DNA from: Tubulanus polymorphus
Lineage: Eukaryota; Animalia; Nemertea
Reading direction: 5' to 3'
DNA length: 64,000 nucleotides
NCBI RefSeq assembly: GCF_964204645.1
Contig: NC_134027.1
Span: 3,628,485-3,692,484 of the forward strand
A model generated the notes under the pieces. That model was not told the origin of the DNA. It worked only from the letters and a program-made list of their open reading frames with translations, and did no database searches. Shown here piece after piece: positions 52,401-64,000 of this stretch. The first letter of the stretch is position 1. Each line of letters opens with the position of its first letter. Made by a program: the position numbers and the translations under genes.

Positions 52401-55400
52401 TCGCACTTCCCAAGATGCGAAGTCTTATATAGAACCTTTAATTCCCCATCCTTTACGTTGGAAATCCTTAATGTCAAAATCTACGAATACTGTTATCAAA
52501 CGTCTAGAAAACGCTTAGTTATTATCGTGATGTTTTTTATATTTGCTTTTTCGCTTCACCAAATATTGCAATATTTGTCGCTTGTCTTCTATTCTACCCG
52601 ATGATATAACTTGCTATCAACTTGTCAGCTATGTAAATTTCGCGTCTTTTTGCTAGTATTTCATTAATAATTCACAAATTGATATTCGGGAAAGAATTTT
52701 TTCATAGAGATGTCTTGATTTGTAAGAGCATATTTCATATGAACCTATACGCATCATGAAATAAAAACGAATGAAATATTTCTTTAACCGCCTAATTGGC
52801 TTTCGATACGCCTATAACACTTCTGTATCATCAGTCATTGGATTGACAATATTCTATTCATCACATATGAAAGGGAACTGATGAAACCTGCTGTGCACAT
52901 GAAATAAATGGTCTACTTCGACGGTACAAAATTAGTTGTTTCCTAATAGTAAAATACAACGCGTTTCGACGATAGACGCATCTTTTGGAATTCAATATTT
53001 CACAAGATTGATTTTATGAATTATAACCGCGCCGCAGAAAATGCAATAATGCGGCGCAAACTGAACGATCACATCAATAATCAATATCATCGTTAGGAAA
53101 TTGTCCTGTCTTAACGTAAATTCATCACTTACCATTGCGAGGTTTTGTCTTGTTTATAACATTTATAGGGAAATCCACACAATCGACGTCAGAATCATTC
53201 ACTCAATGTTTTTGGTATCCCGAACATAGGTTAAGAAATCTTACAGCTTCCAACTGCAGTTTTTTCTGCAGACGATGTGTTTTTAGTTCACTATCCGTAT
53301 GGAGTTACCAACAAATGCGCCTGTTTTGTGGTTAAGTACCAATATGGTCATACAGAATGAGTTAATGATCCTTTGATAAGGCGCAAGAGTTTGATGGATA
53401 TTTTCCGAGCTCTGAGAACCATCCACGTTCAACTTGAGCAGCGCATGACAAGTGGAAATTCCCTGATTGGCTCTCGGTGGCTATTACGTGCCTGCCAACG
53501 TCGTTTTATGAACCAAAGCGTCACATATTGTCGTATCAAGGGAAAACGCAGCGAGCCAGATTCTGAGAAGTGTGGTTGATTTAAACTTATGCTAGAGTCA
53601 CTGACACCGTCAGTGAATGATTTAAAAAACACCTTTCAATCACTTTAAGCGATTCTTATCCTGAATATCTCATTCCCTGATCGGTGTTGGGTCACATTTT
53701 GTGTGCATTAACAGCGGAAATCTAAGTCTGAAACCCTAACAACGAAACGATGAAATTTTCATGAAAAAAAAAGAAATAGATTCGGTTCGTCATTTGATGT
53801 TCCCGTCCTTGCCTTTGAAATCCCATATTACAAAACTTCAGCGTTTCGATCAAAGATTTAAGCCGAGGAGCTTATTACTTATTCTTTTAGATATCCCACG
53901 GTTGCGTACAGAATCATCGAAGAAAATCAAGAATCAGTATGAGGCGCGGTGCGTATTTGAACACAAGCTTCTAGAGATTTAGATATTTCGTAAATAATCT
54001 ATCCCTAAATCGACTGAACGCATTGAAAAATAACATTAAGACGTCTTATCATCAGCATAACGTCATTAAGTCGATCAGATAACTAAACTGCCATCTATCA
54101 AGAAGCCGTGAGCTGGTAACTGTGGAAACGCACGTCACTGCTGTGACATCACCAGCACAGTAACATACGCCGTTTACAGAAAGGCGGCGCGTCAGTTGTG
54201 CAGTACACGCTAACACCAGCGTGTCGCTGAGGGTATGCCACGGTCCATAATCTGAAACTCATTGATATAGAAAAAAGTAAGAAATTAACGGTAATCGTGC
54301 TCCGATCGAAAATCAACGTTCTTTTTATCGGTATCAGAATGTAGGTTTGTTTTATCGGTCTTTTCGTGTTTCGTCATTATTTCGATTTCATAGCTCGACG
54401 TTCTTATCATCGGAAACGATCTGCATTGGTCGTGTTCATCCGCGAAACAAAATGAATAGAAAATCAAAAATTTGATGTATTACGATATGAGATCACATGA
54501 ATTCACTTAGATCGCTCGATCATTTGTCTTTGTGCGAGGTGCCGTACTTTCATTTATTCCGGACGCACGGCAATTTTCCTGATTACCTAGGCACGCGAAA
54601 ACCTGGTCCCACTGCAATTGCCTACATTCGGCACTATTTAAGCATATCAGCTGACTACCATGCACACGACTGACGACCAATTTCCCATTCATTAGTTTTT
54701 TTCGCGTCGCTAAATGTCCCGCCGGATCGTGAAATCATCAAGCCGTCAAAACGACACCGAATGAAGTAAATCGTAATAAGGACCTCCAGTCGGCGCGGAA
54801 TGTTTACAATCCAAACATAACTCAGGTCTTTAACTTAATAAACGCGTGATTACACAAATCCCTGATGGTAAAAAATCACCGATTGATAAGATGCCCTCCC
54901 GGAATAGCTAAATTCCAGCTCTTTGTGTACAAAATTCATTACTGGCACGGATAGATTCATACCCAGTACCCACCGTAATGCTCGCCCGTTCATTCACTCA
55001 GATATATCGTCGGCCTCGAGTCGGCAAACTCGAAAAGGAGAATTTAGACGAAGTTGGGGCGTACAGGGAAATTGTAACAATTACTCATCGACGGATAAAA
55101 CAGAAAGTTATTGTAAATAGAAACGGGAAACAATTGAGTGCAGGTCATCAGGTTGTCAACGGGCTATGAATTATAGTGCCATCACCACGACTTCCATTTA
55201 CGTAGATGTCTAACGAGGAACACTTCAAGATGGATGCAAGACACTTAAATCGACCAGTAGTTGTTAGCACTACATCATCCATTCTACATAGAACTCAAAT
55301 TGAACTGCGTGGATATAAGTGCGCGTATGTCTGAGCAAAGGCCAATTGAATCAGCCGGTTCATCATTTTCAATTGACGTTCAAACAGCATCGCAAACTAA

Positions 55401-55427
55401 AGAAAAACAAAAAAAACGAAGAAAAAA

Positions 55428-55579
55428 CTACGAGACTATTTGACATTTCGACTGAGCCATTTTCAAAGCAGTCTTTAAGAGTTAGAGAGTTTTTGACGTT
55501 TCGAATTCCATGAGCTATTTTCAAAACAATTTTGAAAATGGCTCATAGAATCCAGTCGAAACGTCAAATACTCTCGTAG
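55428..55579. mobile_element. Penelope-like pLTR remnant: three copies of a degenerate minimal-hammerhead motif, tandem plus inverted
   Basis: TTGAAAATGGCTC..AGTCGAAACGTCAAATA on + (55530-55579), with two reverse-oriented copies at 55428-55467 and 55485-55526. Confidence 0.5.
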
Positions 55580-57189
55580 ATTTGTCTTTACTGTGGTTTT
55601 TTCAATTGTATTATATATTTACTAAGTCGGTTGAAACCCGAAGTTACAGCATTTGTAACCAGAGTCAATGTTGTCCGGCTTTTTGCGTCCACATACATAC
55701 ATATTATGACAAAGAAGAATAAGTCGGATACTGAATGTCAGATAGCAATCATTACTGTCCGAGTATTTGTGATTCTCGATTCATACATGAAACTGATCTG
55801 GTTTTCAATCCGCTCGTCTTTATCTATAGCAGATAACATAGAAATTAAATCGTTTCAAATCAGTCTGTCATCCGCAAGTTCTATACAGCGTTCGGTGACA
55901 AATTCATGGAATCAATGAATCTAAATAGACGATTGACATTTTGCGGCAAACAATTAAAAATGCTGCGCTGTTCTTTCTGAACTGACGTGATGCAGTGCGA
56001 TACTCCAATTATGAAACAATCAGCGAATTGCCTCACTGGATTACGATATTTTCGACGGCAATTTCAACGGGCTTAAGTGTTTAGATTCATTTCAATGAAC
56101 GGTGATTTGGGAATTAGGGAGTATTCTAAAGCTTTTAGAGTAAAGAGTGAACGACAATATGTGTTTAGATTTAGGAATTCCCTCGGCTATGTAATTGGTT
56201 CGGGCGTCGATGGAACAATCGCCCAATTGCTCATTTCCTCGAAAGTTTGTTCAAAAAGGGCGAATTCGCCACAAATGGTAATACAATCACGAGGTTAGCC
56301 GCCAGGGGAAAAACATTAGTTTCATCGAATATTACAAGACGAACCTCTATCCCTGATCTATATTGGAAAAGAATTATCACACGTTTTGCCGGTGGTAATC
56401 CGAGTTGTTACCACAATATTGGATGTTGGTAAGTTTCCCTGGTGTTGGTTCGGCCAAAATCAACACCAAAGACACTGATAGAAATTAAGGTTCTATGAAG
56501 CTTTAAGACGCATATTATAGATTATATATAAGAGCGGGGTTCTTAGCAGACTTGCGCGCGTCTGGCAATATGTCATTTACATTGTATGACAGACGGATTC
56601 GGATTCTGTCGTGCAGTTTATCAAGATTAGCGACGTGTCGAATAGGACTTTAGAACATTTATGATGAGAAATGTAAAAGCTTATACGATATACGCTTATA
56701 TCGAAATGCTACCCTCTAAGATACCACAAACTGTAACGGCGTTTTAAGGATTTTAATTATTCTTGTATATAATCATAGATATCGTATTCACATGATATCA
56801 AACTAACGTTGTTGCAAATTAAGACATGTTCTTAAGAATATCATCAGCTTACTCGTTCACGTGTGGATACATCGAACACTCTTCAGAGGCTTGAAGAATT
56901 CCAAGAAAATCTACAATTACTGAATAATGAGAAACAACAACAACAAACTCTATACGAAAGTCAAACGAACTGTTATTAGCATCTGCTTTGTGATATTCCT
57001 TTTATGATAAGGCCTAATTTGTGTCTTCTCTGAAACAACATTGTTCACGAAATTGGAATGATTCGACTTGTGCCACATATAATGATCAGCTAAATTCGCT
57101 TCGTCCCCTCCAACCGAACAGTAATTGTGTACGAAAACTATCATACCCTGTCGACCAGACAAGAACGCGCCTCGAGTGAACTGCAACAA

Positions 57190-57235
57190 CATGGACTCTT
57201 TTGATGATAGTTTCGTTTCCCATCAAAAGATCGTG
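57190..57235. mobile_element. Degenerate CATGGAC-type hairpin micro-element
   Basis: CATGGACTCTTTTGATG...CATCAAAAGATCGTG, with an internal 10-bp stem TCTTTTGATG / CATCAAAAGA. Confidence 0.45.
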
Positions 57236-58273
57236 TTATCAATTCAAACACCAGACTTTCAAAAGCTTGAGGTTCATTTTCTTTCGTAGCTGACGAAATT
57301 ATGCTTCTAAAAATTTTGCAATTTTCCGATCTATATTTTCAGGTATTTTTTCTTCGTTGGATGTCGAATCATCACTTTATAAATCAATTTTGCGTCTAGC
57401 ATGATTGCCGTCAACGCTTACCTGATAACAATAATCATAGTCTATAGTCGTCCTTTTATGGACTAATTTATGATTTATGATTGGATGCAAAAGCTCCTGG
57501 TTTTTTTTGCTAAAATGTCCGATGTGTGATGTAAGGTATAACAAAATAACACATGTTACCCGTCAGCAGGGGTTCAAACTCGTTTGGATCGGTATCAAGG
57601 AGATGTTCGTGATACGCAGTGATCATTACGTTGTACTGTTTATTCGAACATATCGATTAATGCAATTGTCATAGACTCTGAAGTATTTATTGAGACATTA
57701 TGAAGTAGCGAAGATTGAAATGTAGACGCATGAGCCAGGCTACAACCAACATGCACGCAGGTCTCTTCAGTTCAACAGCTAGTGCCATGTTTTGCATTTC
57801 GATCAACAATAAAACAACACGTCCAGGGAATATATGCTACAAAATGTACGCGTTACATTCTTTGGAAAACATCGGTTGAAATATTCTCGTTTTGCGTTCG
57901 GCGTCAGACTCTATCCGTCGTGTTTAACAAGACGTGTAACCAGGTACCTTCGTCCAGGTTGTTGATGAGATAATGTAAGGGTCTATTCTATGAATCGTGG
58001 ATGTTCGAGGTCTTGAATGCCTAAGCGCGCGACGTTGGAAAAAATCGCGCATCGAGGCGTCATCAAAACATACCGACGTTAGCTTACTGTCGGAGTTATT
58101 GCAGTTCGTTGGTATCGCTATTCTTTTGCCAATACAAATAAAAATACATTAATCAAGTAGCTACCTAACATCAATGGTGGCTATTTCCGCTCTAGCTCAT
58201 CCCAAATTTCATTGATGTATGCGCGCTCTGCAGGCGTTATAAAAGAAGAAGTTTAGATTTGTTGTTGTTTAAG

Positions 58274-58309
58274 CATGGACTCTAAAACGATTTCGTTTTA
58301 GAGTCCATG
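58274..58309. mobile_element. 36-bp hairpin micro-element with perfect 7-bp TSD
   Basis: CATGGACTCTAAAACGA-TT-TCGTTTTAGAGTCCATG, flanked by GTTTAAG at 58267-58273 and 58310-58316. Confidence 0.85.
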
Positions 58310-59059
58310 GTTTAAGCGACGAATTTCTCGGTTGGAAAGTCCAAAAATTTCTCACTTAACCCATATAGATAATGAAGTCTTTCAACATTGAATGAAGAGA
58401 GATGTTGCTCGTCAACGATTGCCAAGATCTCGTTGAGACTATATAATCATTAGTCACCTTTTCATACTTTTCGAGAGAGCGAGTTCCTAATTGCAAGATT
58501 CTACTTATTCTCTGAACGAGAGACAAACCGGAGACTCTATAAGGGTTAGGGACATTTGATTCTAACAAACTAACAACAAAGAACGTAATTTAAAGTCAGT
58601 ATTTCAATAGTACTTACATACCTAAATTCGTTCCGTTGTGTCTCCGCTCTAAAATGCGAAATTAACATAATACCGGATTTTCAAGCTGTTTAGATCACAA
58701 GTGTCACAAAAATAACTCTCGCTTACTAAACCCGTTACTGTAACTGATCATCTGGGAATTGGTTGGCCATCGACAAACCAACTTTGCGAACAAATGCCAC
58801 GTCAAATAACAGATAAGCCTGAAACTAAATACGATAAATAGGGCGTTATATCTCCATCAGTGTCAGGTGTTGAGTGCCCACTGGAGACAGTAACGAGAGA
58901 AATAGAGACAATCATTGGTAATAAACGCACCTATCTATCAGATACATAGATCCAGACTCAGTAAGAGTCAATAGGCTAATAGTCAGGACATTTGGAATTT
59001 TTTTGATAAATGTATATGAGAGAATTTCATATTGATCAAGTCAAAGGAAAATGCACCTG

Positions 59060-59197
59060 GGGCCAGTTGCACAGTCATGGCTTAAGTCCAAAAGTCGTCT
59101 TAGATCTGAACACTGGTCTTAAGTTGTTAGATGGACTATAGAACTCAGTTGGTCTTACAATGGTCTTAAGTCTAAGTCATGACTACGCAACCGGCTC
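59060..59197. mobile_element. MITE (PIF/Harbinger-related), 138 bp, CTG TSD
   Basis: Imperfect TIRs GGGCCAGTTGCACAGTCATGGCTTA / TAAGTCATGACTACGCAACCGGCTC. CTG at 59057-59059 and 59198-59200. Internal GGTCTTA subrepeats. Confidence 0.75.
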
Positions 59198-62100
59198 CTG
59201 GCCTTTATAGCAATCGACGATATCAAATCATCTCGATTCATTTTCATCATTATAGTGACAAATCGTCATCGGTGGAAAAATATTTTTCTTTGTTTCGTTT
59301 GTCTTGAGAATTCAACATGCGGTTAAAATTGACGATATCAGAATCGGTTTTGTACGAACTTATGTGAGAACCGACCACGAGGACTCGATACAATACAGAG
59401 AACGACGCGGCTTTGACGAAGAATTGATCTTTCGCTGATATTTCGCTGATAACTCCAACGAGTAGAGTGAGAATATCCAATATCGTAAACCAGCAGCGAA
59501 TCGCATATGAAGAAAGTGGCTTTTGTTGCTGGCTTCGGTTACTTCCGTACTCCTAAATAGGAAAGTCAGCAGATCGCATTAAGCGGACGGATGACGCAAA
59601 TAGATGAAGTAATTACATAAATCATCTATAAATCTAGTAACATGTTTTTGACCCGGGCCGCATCGTCTCGTGTGATCCCGGCTTCAATACTTCCAGATTC
59701 GAATGGGCCATTTTCGAAAATATGTCTCTCAGCGTTGAACGCGAGGTGAACTCGATTGAATGAGAACATGTTGATGTAACTTGAATAGAAATGACTGGAT
59801 CGTGACTTAGTCGTGGCAGAAAGAAGCGATATTCTAACGAATACGACTCAACGAGGAAGCCGTACGAGTATTTTTGCACGAGTTGAATTTCAGTAATTGA
59901 CTAGAAGTTGAAAAGATATACAGCAGGTATCTGAAGGGGGATTTAATGTCAACAAATTGTTGGGCTAACGTCAGAAAATATAACAGAATAAAACCGTCAC
60001 AGATCTGCTAGAGAGGTGACACATCATAAGGAGGAAACAGGAAAGATTATTTCAGTGTTTATGGTTTACGTCAATAAATAATAAAATCAAATCGTTTTCT
60101 TATAAGGGATTATTTCGAACGACGTCATTTTCGAAATGTATAGCAGTAAGCCTTGGGTTCGATAATTTATTTCCAAAAAGGGGGTGGGAGCAGAGATATC
60201 CGAAAAGGGAAGTTTTATAGAATATAACAATAATGTTTGCAAAAATGGCGCTTTTCCCAGATTTACGCTAAATACGTCCCTGTGGTAGCAAATATTAAGA
60301 CTGGCCTTAGGTTCTTGGACGATTAGTGATGATTATATTTTTCACATTAAGACCATAAAGATATTCCATTAAAATTCTAACGATCAGTGTGATAATTTGA
60401 TGACGTAGTTGGTCACGTAGCTCGCCAATCATAGGTTCGTAAGGTGGCGGACGCAATTTCAATAAAGCTGTCCATTGATCGACTGGGTCGTGAATTCTCC
60501 AGCGTCAAACTAATCGTGGTAATAGAACATGCTTCATTTTTAAGATGTTCATTCTACAATCATTATTTTGATCGATTGAAGATCGATCAAATTTTCTATA
60601 ACCGCATTTAGAGTTAACGTGACTATCGTAGTTTTTCCTGTAGTGTGAACACAGTCTTAGCGGTGTGGCGTTAGATTTTGATAAATCGACTGTTACGCAC
60701 GAGTTAAGATAATGAAATATTTGCCGAAAAAAAAAGTTTGATTTGATATGGATTGGTCAGGGGATCAACTCGTAGTTTGGCGAAGCAAGCACCTCGAACG
60801 TTACACTTCCAATTGCGGCGTCGAATCGTCGAGAAATTACATGCTTATTTGCCATGTATAGTAGATGATTGATCGTATATTAATATGTGATCCATTATCT
60901 CCCGCAAGTGAAAAAGGTTATCTACATACAATCAATCATTTAAAAAATACAGAAACCGATATGACGAGTGATACTTCACTAACAATTTCAACGAAAAATC
61001 TTGATACGCCACTGAATTGCATAAGCGTTTTTCATACGGCTATATTGACATTGTAGTACAGCTGATCATCTTGGAAATATTTCTTTCAAATTGTGTAAAT
61101 AGACGTTGAAAATATTCGTATGGCAAAGAATATCAGGAAAATAAATATTTCAAGAAGCGAATCAATTGCTTCCCACTCAGTTGTCCCAAGCTGAAGCATT
61201 TATTGAAACCTGTTCTAGATGATGTTCAACAATGAAGACGAAGTAGCTAGCCACTGTCACGGTAAACGCTTGTTTACACTCCTCAGAGTATCATCACCTA
61301 TTCGCATCATATTCTAAATAACTCATCCAGACTTCTAACATCATCAATATATCCATTTCACGTAATAATTATTTATCGGACATCGAGAAGGTCGCATAAT
61401 TTACGAAAAGGGCTAATCGAATAAATCAAAAGGGGTCTAGTGAATTAGAAGTCTCATGCATATACGAACGTGCGGTGATTGTTAAGGTTATCTAATAACA
61501 AAGTGCATCTCTATAGACAGACATATGATACCACGTCATAGCGAAGAAGTCATTAGAGTTAGAAAATTATGTGGCATTTTAAATGAATATTATCTGCTCG
61601 ATCCATTTTTTCTCAAGCCGATTTAAGCGGCGGAGTTTTATTTCTGCCGATAAGAACCACGAGTCTAAGGTAAATAAATAATTCGCTTCCAATATTTAAA
61701 CTCATTTGCGCGACCGAACGTCTGTTTCGCCGCATCCGGAAACGTGAATAAAACATAAGCGTATGAGCGGCTTAATTAAATTGAATTTACCGAAATACAG
61801 TAAACAAATACGACTGAACGTCGTCTCAAACAGAAATAATCGATGCTGATGGTAAGTTCAGATGAAGCTCGCTCACCAGTCGTTTTGACTGCAGTAATTA
61901 ACATCCTAAGCATCAGCTTACATCATACACTGTGTATATCTTATATACACAGACGTCCATCTCATTTTCTGTTTGATAAATGGATTGTTTTGGTTAATGA
62001 TCAACAGAACCGACACCAAAAACAAAGAGTTTGATTTCTATCGCTATGCTATAATGAATAGTCGATGATGAAGCTATTTTCGATCGGAATCTCATAGAAA

Positions 62101-63756
62101 ACGATGTAATTTGAGTCGTCCTCCTAGAAGAGCGTATTCATCACTACGAACTAACAAATATAAGTGAATTTAGGTGGAAAATGACCTAGCGACGATTTAA
62201 TATAAACTCGACGCAAAACATGGTACATGCATCATTTTCTATATAATGACTTTAGTCATCGATGCGTTAAGATAAGAAGTAACGCTAGCAGGCACTTTAG
62301 GTGGACATCATAACGCAACATGATATGATACACGAGCCTAAAAAGTTATATTAGTATATGAAAACGTTCATTACGTTCTTTCATTCAGATCGAAAGATGG
62401 CGATAGTTAGATTTTCTACAATGGGAGAAAAAAAGTAAGTTCATCGGGATTAACACACTCTATAGGATACACGATTGATAACGGCGATCGCGTGTCGAAC
62501 ACAACACAAAACAATTGAAACAAATACGGCGTTTTTACCGGCCTAGAATGCTCTATAAAACATTCATTTTCTTCATTCACGGATCTTATGCTCAATTTCT
62601 GAGATGATAAGAAGTGATTTATACGGTGGTCGTCGAGTTGTATCCGTCTCATTCGCGTTCGTCTGCCGTCGCAAATTACGGTTATTTCCCTTGACGAATG
62701 GATTCTTATTTTTCATTTTAGCAGGTCGCGAGGTTTAAAAGGAAACCCAGACTGAATTGTTCGACGTTTTGCTATCACAAAACGCTAAGAAAATAGTGCG
62801 AATATCCCGTGTAGTCGATAAACATACTACAAAAATAGCAGTGTTACAACTATGATAAGTCACTCCATCATTATACAAATGTATATTAGACAGATTTCCC
62901 TATCAGCAGTCAGATGATATGTTTATCGGGTTATGTCACTTAAATACGCATCTTGTGTTTCATCAGTTAATGATCGATGAAAATGTACTTGTCACATACT
63001 CAATGAATAATCGTCTAGTTACTACGAAGATGAAAAGGACAAGCTGTTGAAACGTTACGCTTCAGGTCATTTCATTTCAAGATCGAAAGTGAACGTACGC
63101 ATTCATACGTGCATTAAATTCTACAATATAGCCGACCACACCACCTACATCATTCCTATAAAACCATTGGGTTCAAAGATTCGATATCTCAACAATTTCC
63201 ATAATGAATTTCCCCTTAATGAAAGTATGCGTCGGTGTTTGTTGAAAATTACGCTGTATATTCCGATCTGATCTTTGCACCGACTGTGTTTGTCTCCTGT
63301 CAGTGGTGTTTTCAAACGGCGATTGCTCTTCACCGAGTCAACAAATCCACATCCGGGTTTGTTGTTCTGTAATCGACGCAGTTCTCAGTGGGGCTGCAAC
63401 TGGTCGGGAAAGGGTCAGAAAATAAATGCCAATTAACTCTCACTAGGTATTTTTGTACGCTGAATATTCTTTCATTCGCAACGACAGGTATATGACCATC
63501 ATAACTTTTTTTCATATAATACAAGAATACGATCAAACGCTATCGACTGGATTTCAACATCGAAATATTCTTTGATATCCCAGCACAGACTCCACAAAGG
63601 AAAAACAATAACTACATATCAACGCAGATCAAATGGATTGACGGTTCCAGAAAGCTTTTCAGTAAATTCCACTGAATGTTGTCTATCATGTATGTAAAGT
63701 TTTGTCGTGTACAAAGATGTATATATAATTCGGATAAGGATAACGCACAGTTTTAG

Positions 63757-63841
63757 GCTCTCTCTCTCTCCCTATCTCTCTCTCTTTCTCTTTCTATCTC
63801 CCTATCTCTCGTCTCCCTGTGTCTCTCTCCTCTTATCCCTA
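63757..63841. repeat. Degenerate (CT)n microsatellite
   Basis: Direct reading. It explains the ERERER pseudo-ORF. Confidence 0.9.
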
Positions 63842-64000
63842 TTTCACTCGGAGATTTTATTTTACTTTCAAGCACCCAGTGGCGATGTAATAAAAGCTTA
63901 TACTCGTTTAAAAATGCGGCGACGTTTGCTAAATGAATAGAAATCATTGAGCATTATTGGCTCTGCTGCTGAGGTATGGAAATATAGAACGTTTTGTTCG

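Noticed and set aside
52790-52835. CTGATGA...GAAA on the - strand as a hammerhead
   Set aside because: Stem III lacks the required A-U pair and cleavage triplet, and stem I is absent.
60400-60460. tRNA/SINE-head-like sequence
   Set aside because: Too degenerate, with no B-box match.
46552-64000. Many 60-100 aa ORFs
   Set aside because: Many use non-ATG starts, none has a recognisable domain, and I found no phase-consistent exon chains.

Overview
This is eukaryotic, AT-rich, intron-compact invertebrate DNA. A lophotrochozoan source is suggested by gene content but cannot be proven here. Most ORF-track entries are exon fragments or noise, so genes were rebuilt by splice-site and phase matching. 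Six genes result: (1) a 12-exon secreted DD3-3-like gene (+, 1761-4824, 652 aa) with one GC-AG intron; (2) a convergent two-exon tandem-DM9 lectin-like gene (-, 5920-7500, 152 aa); (3) a 7-exon orphan secreted His/Arg-rich gene absent from the ORF track (-, 9436-12615, 252 aa); (4) a 3-exon, four-EF-hand calmodulin-like gene (-, 18897-24771, 161 aa); (5) a head-to-head CCDC190-like coiled-coil gene (+, 25935-26315); (6) a single-coding-exon rhodopsin-class peptide GPCR (-, 40019-41347). About 22 kb upstream of the GPCR has no recognisable host coding exons. Repeats include a 2.2-kb element with 443-bp near-perfect TIRs, a LINE 3' fragment, CWG-TSD MITEs, 36-49-bp CATGGAC hairpin micro-elements (one with a perfect 7-bp TSD), Penelope-like hammerhead remnants, a perfect 180-bp (TA)n-cored palindrome and a decayed CUB-like segment.
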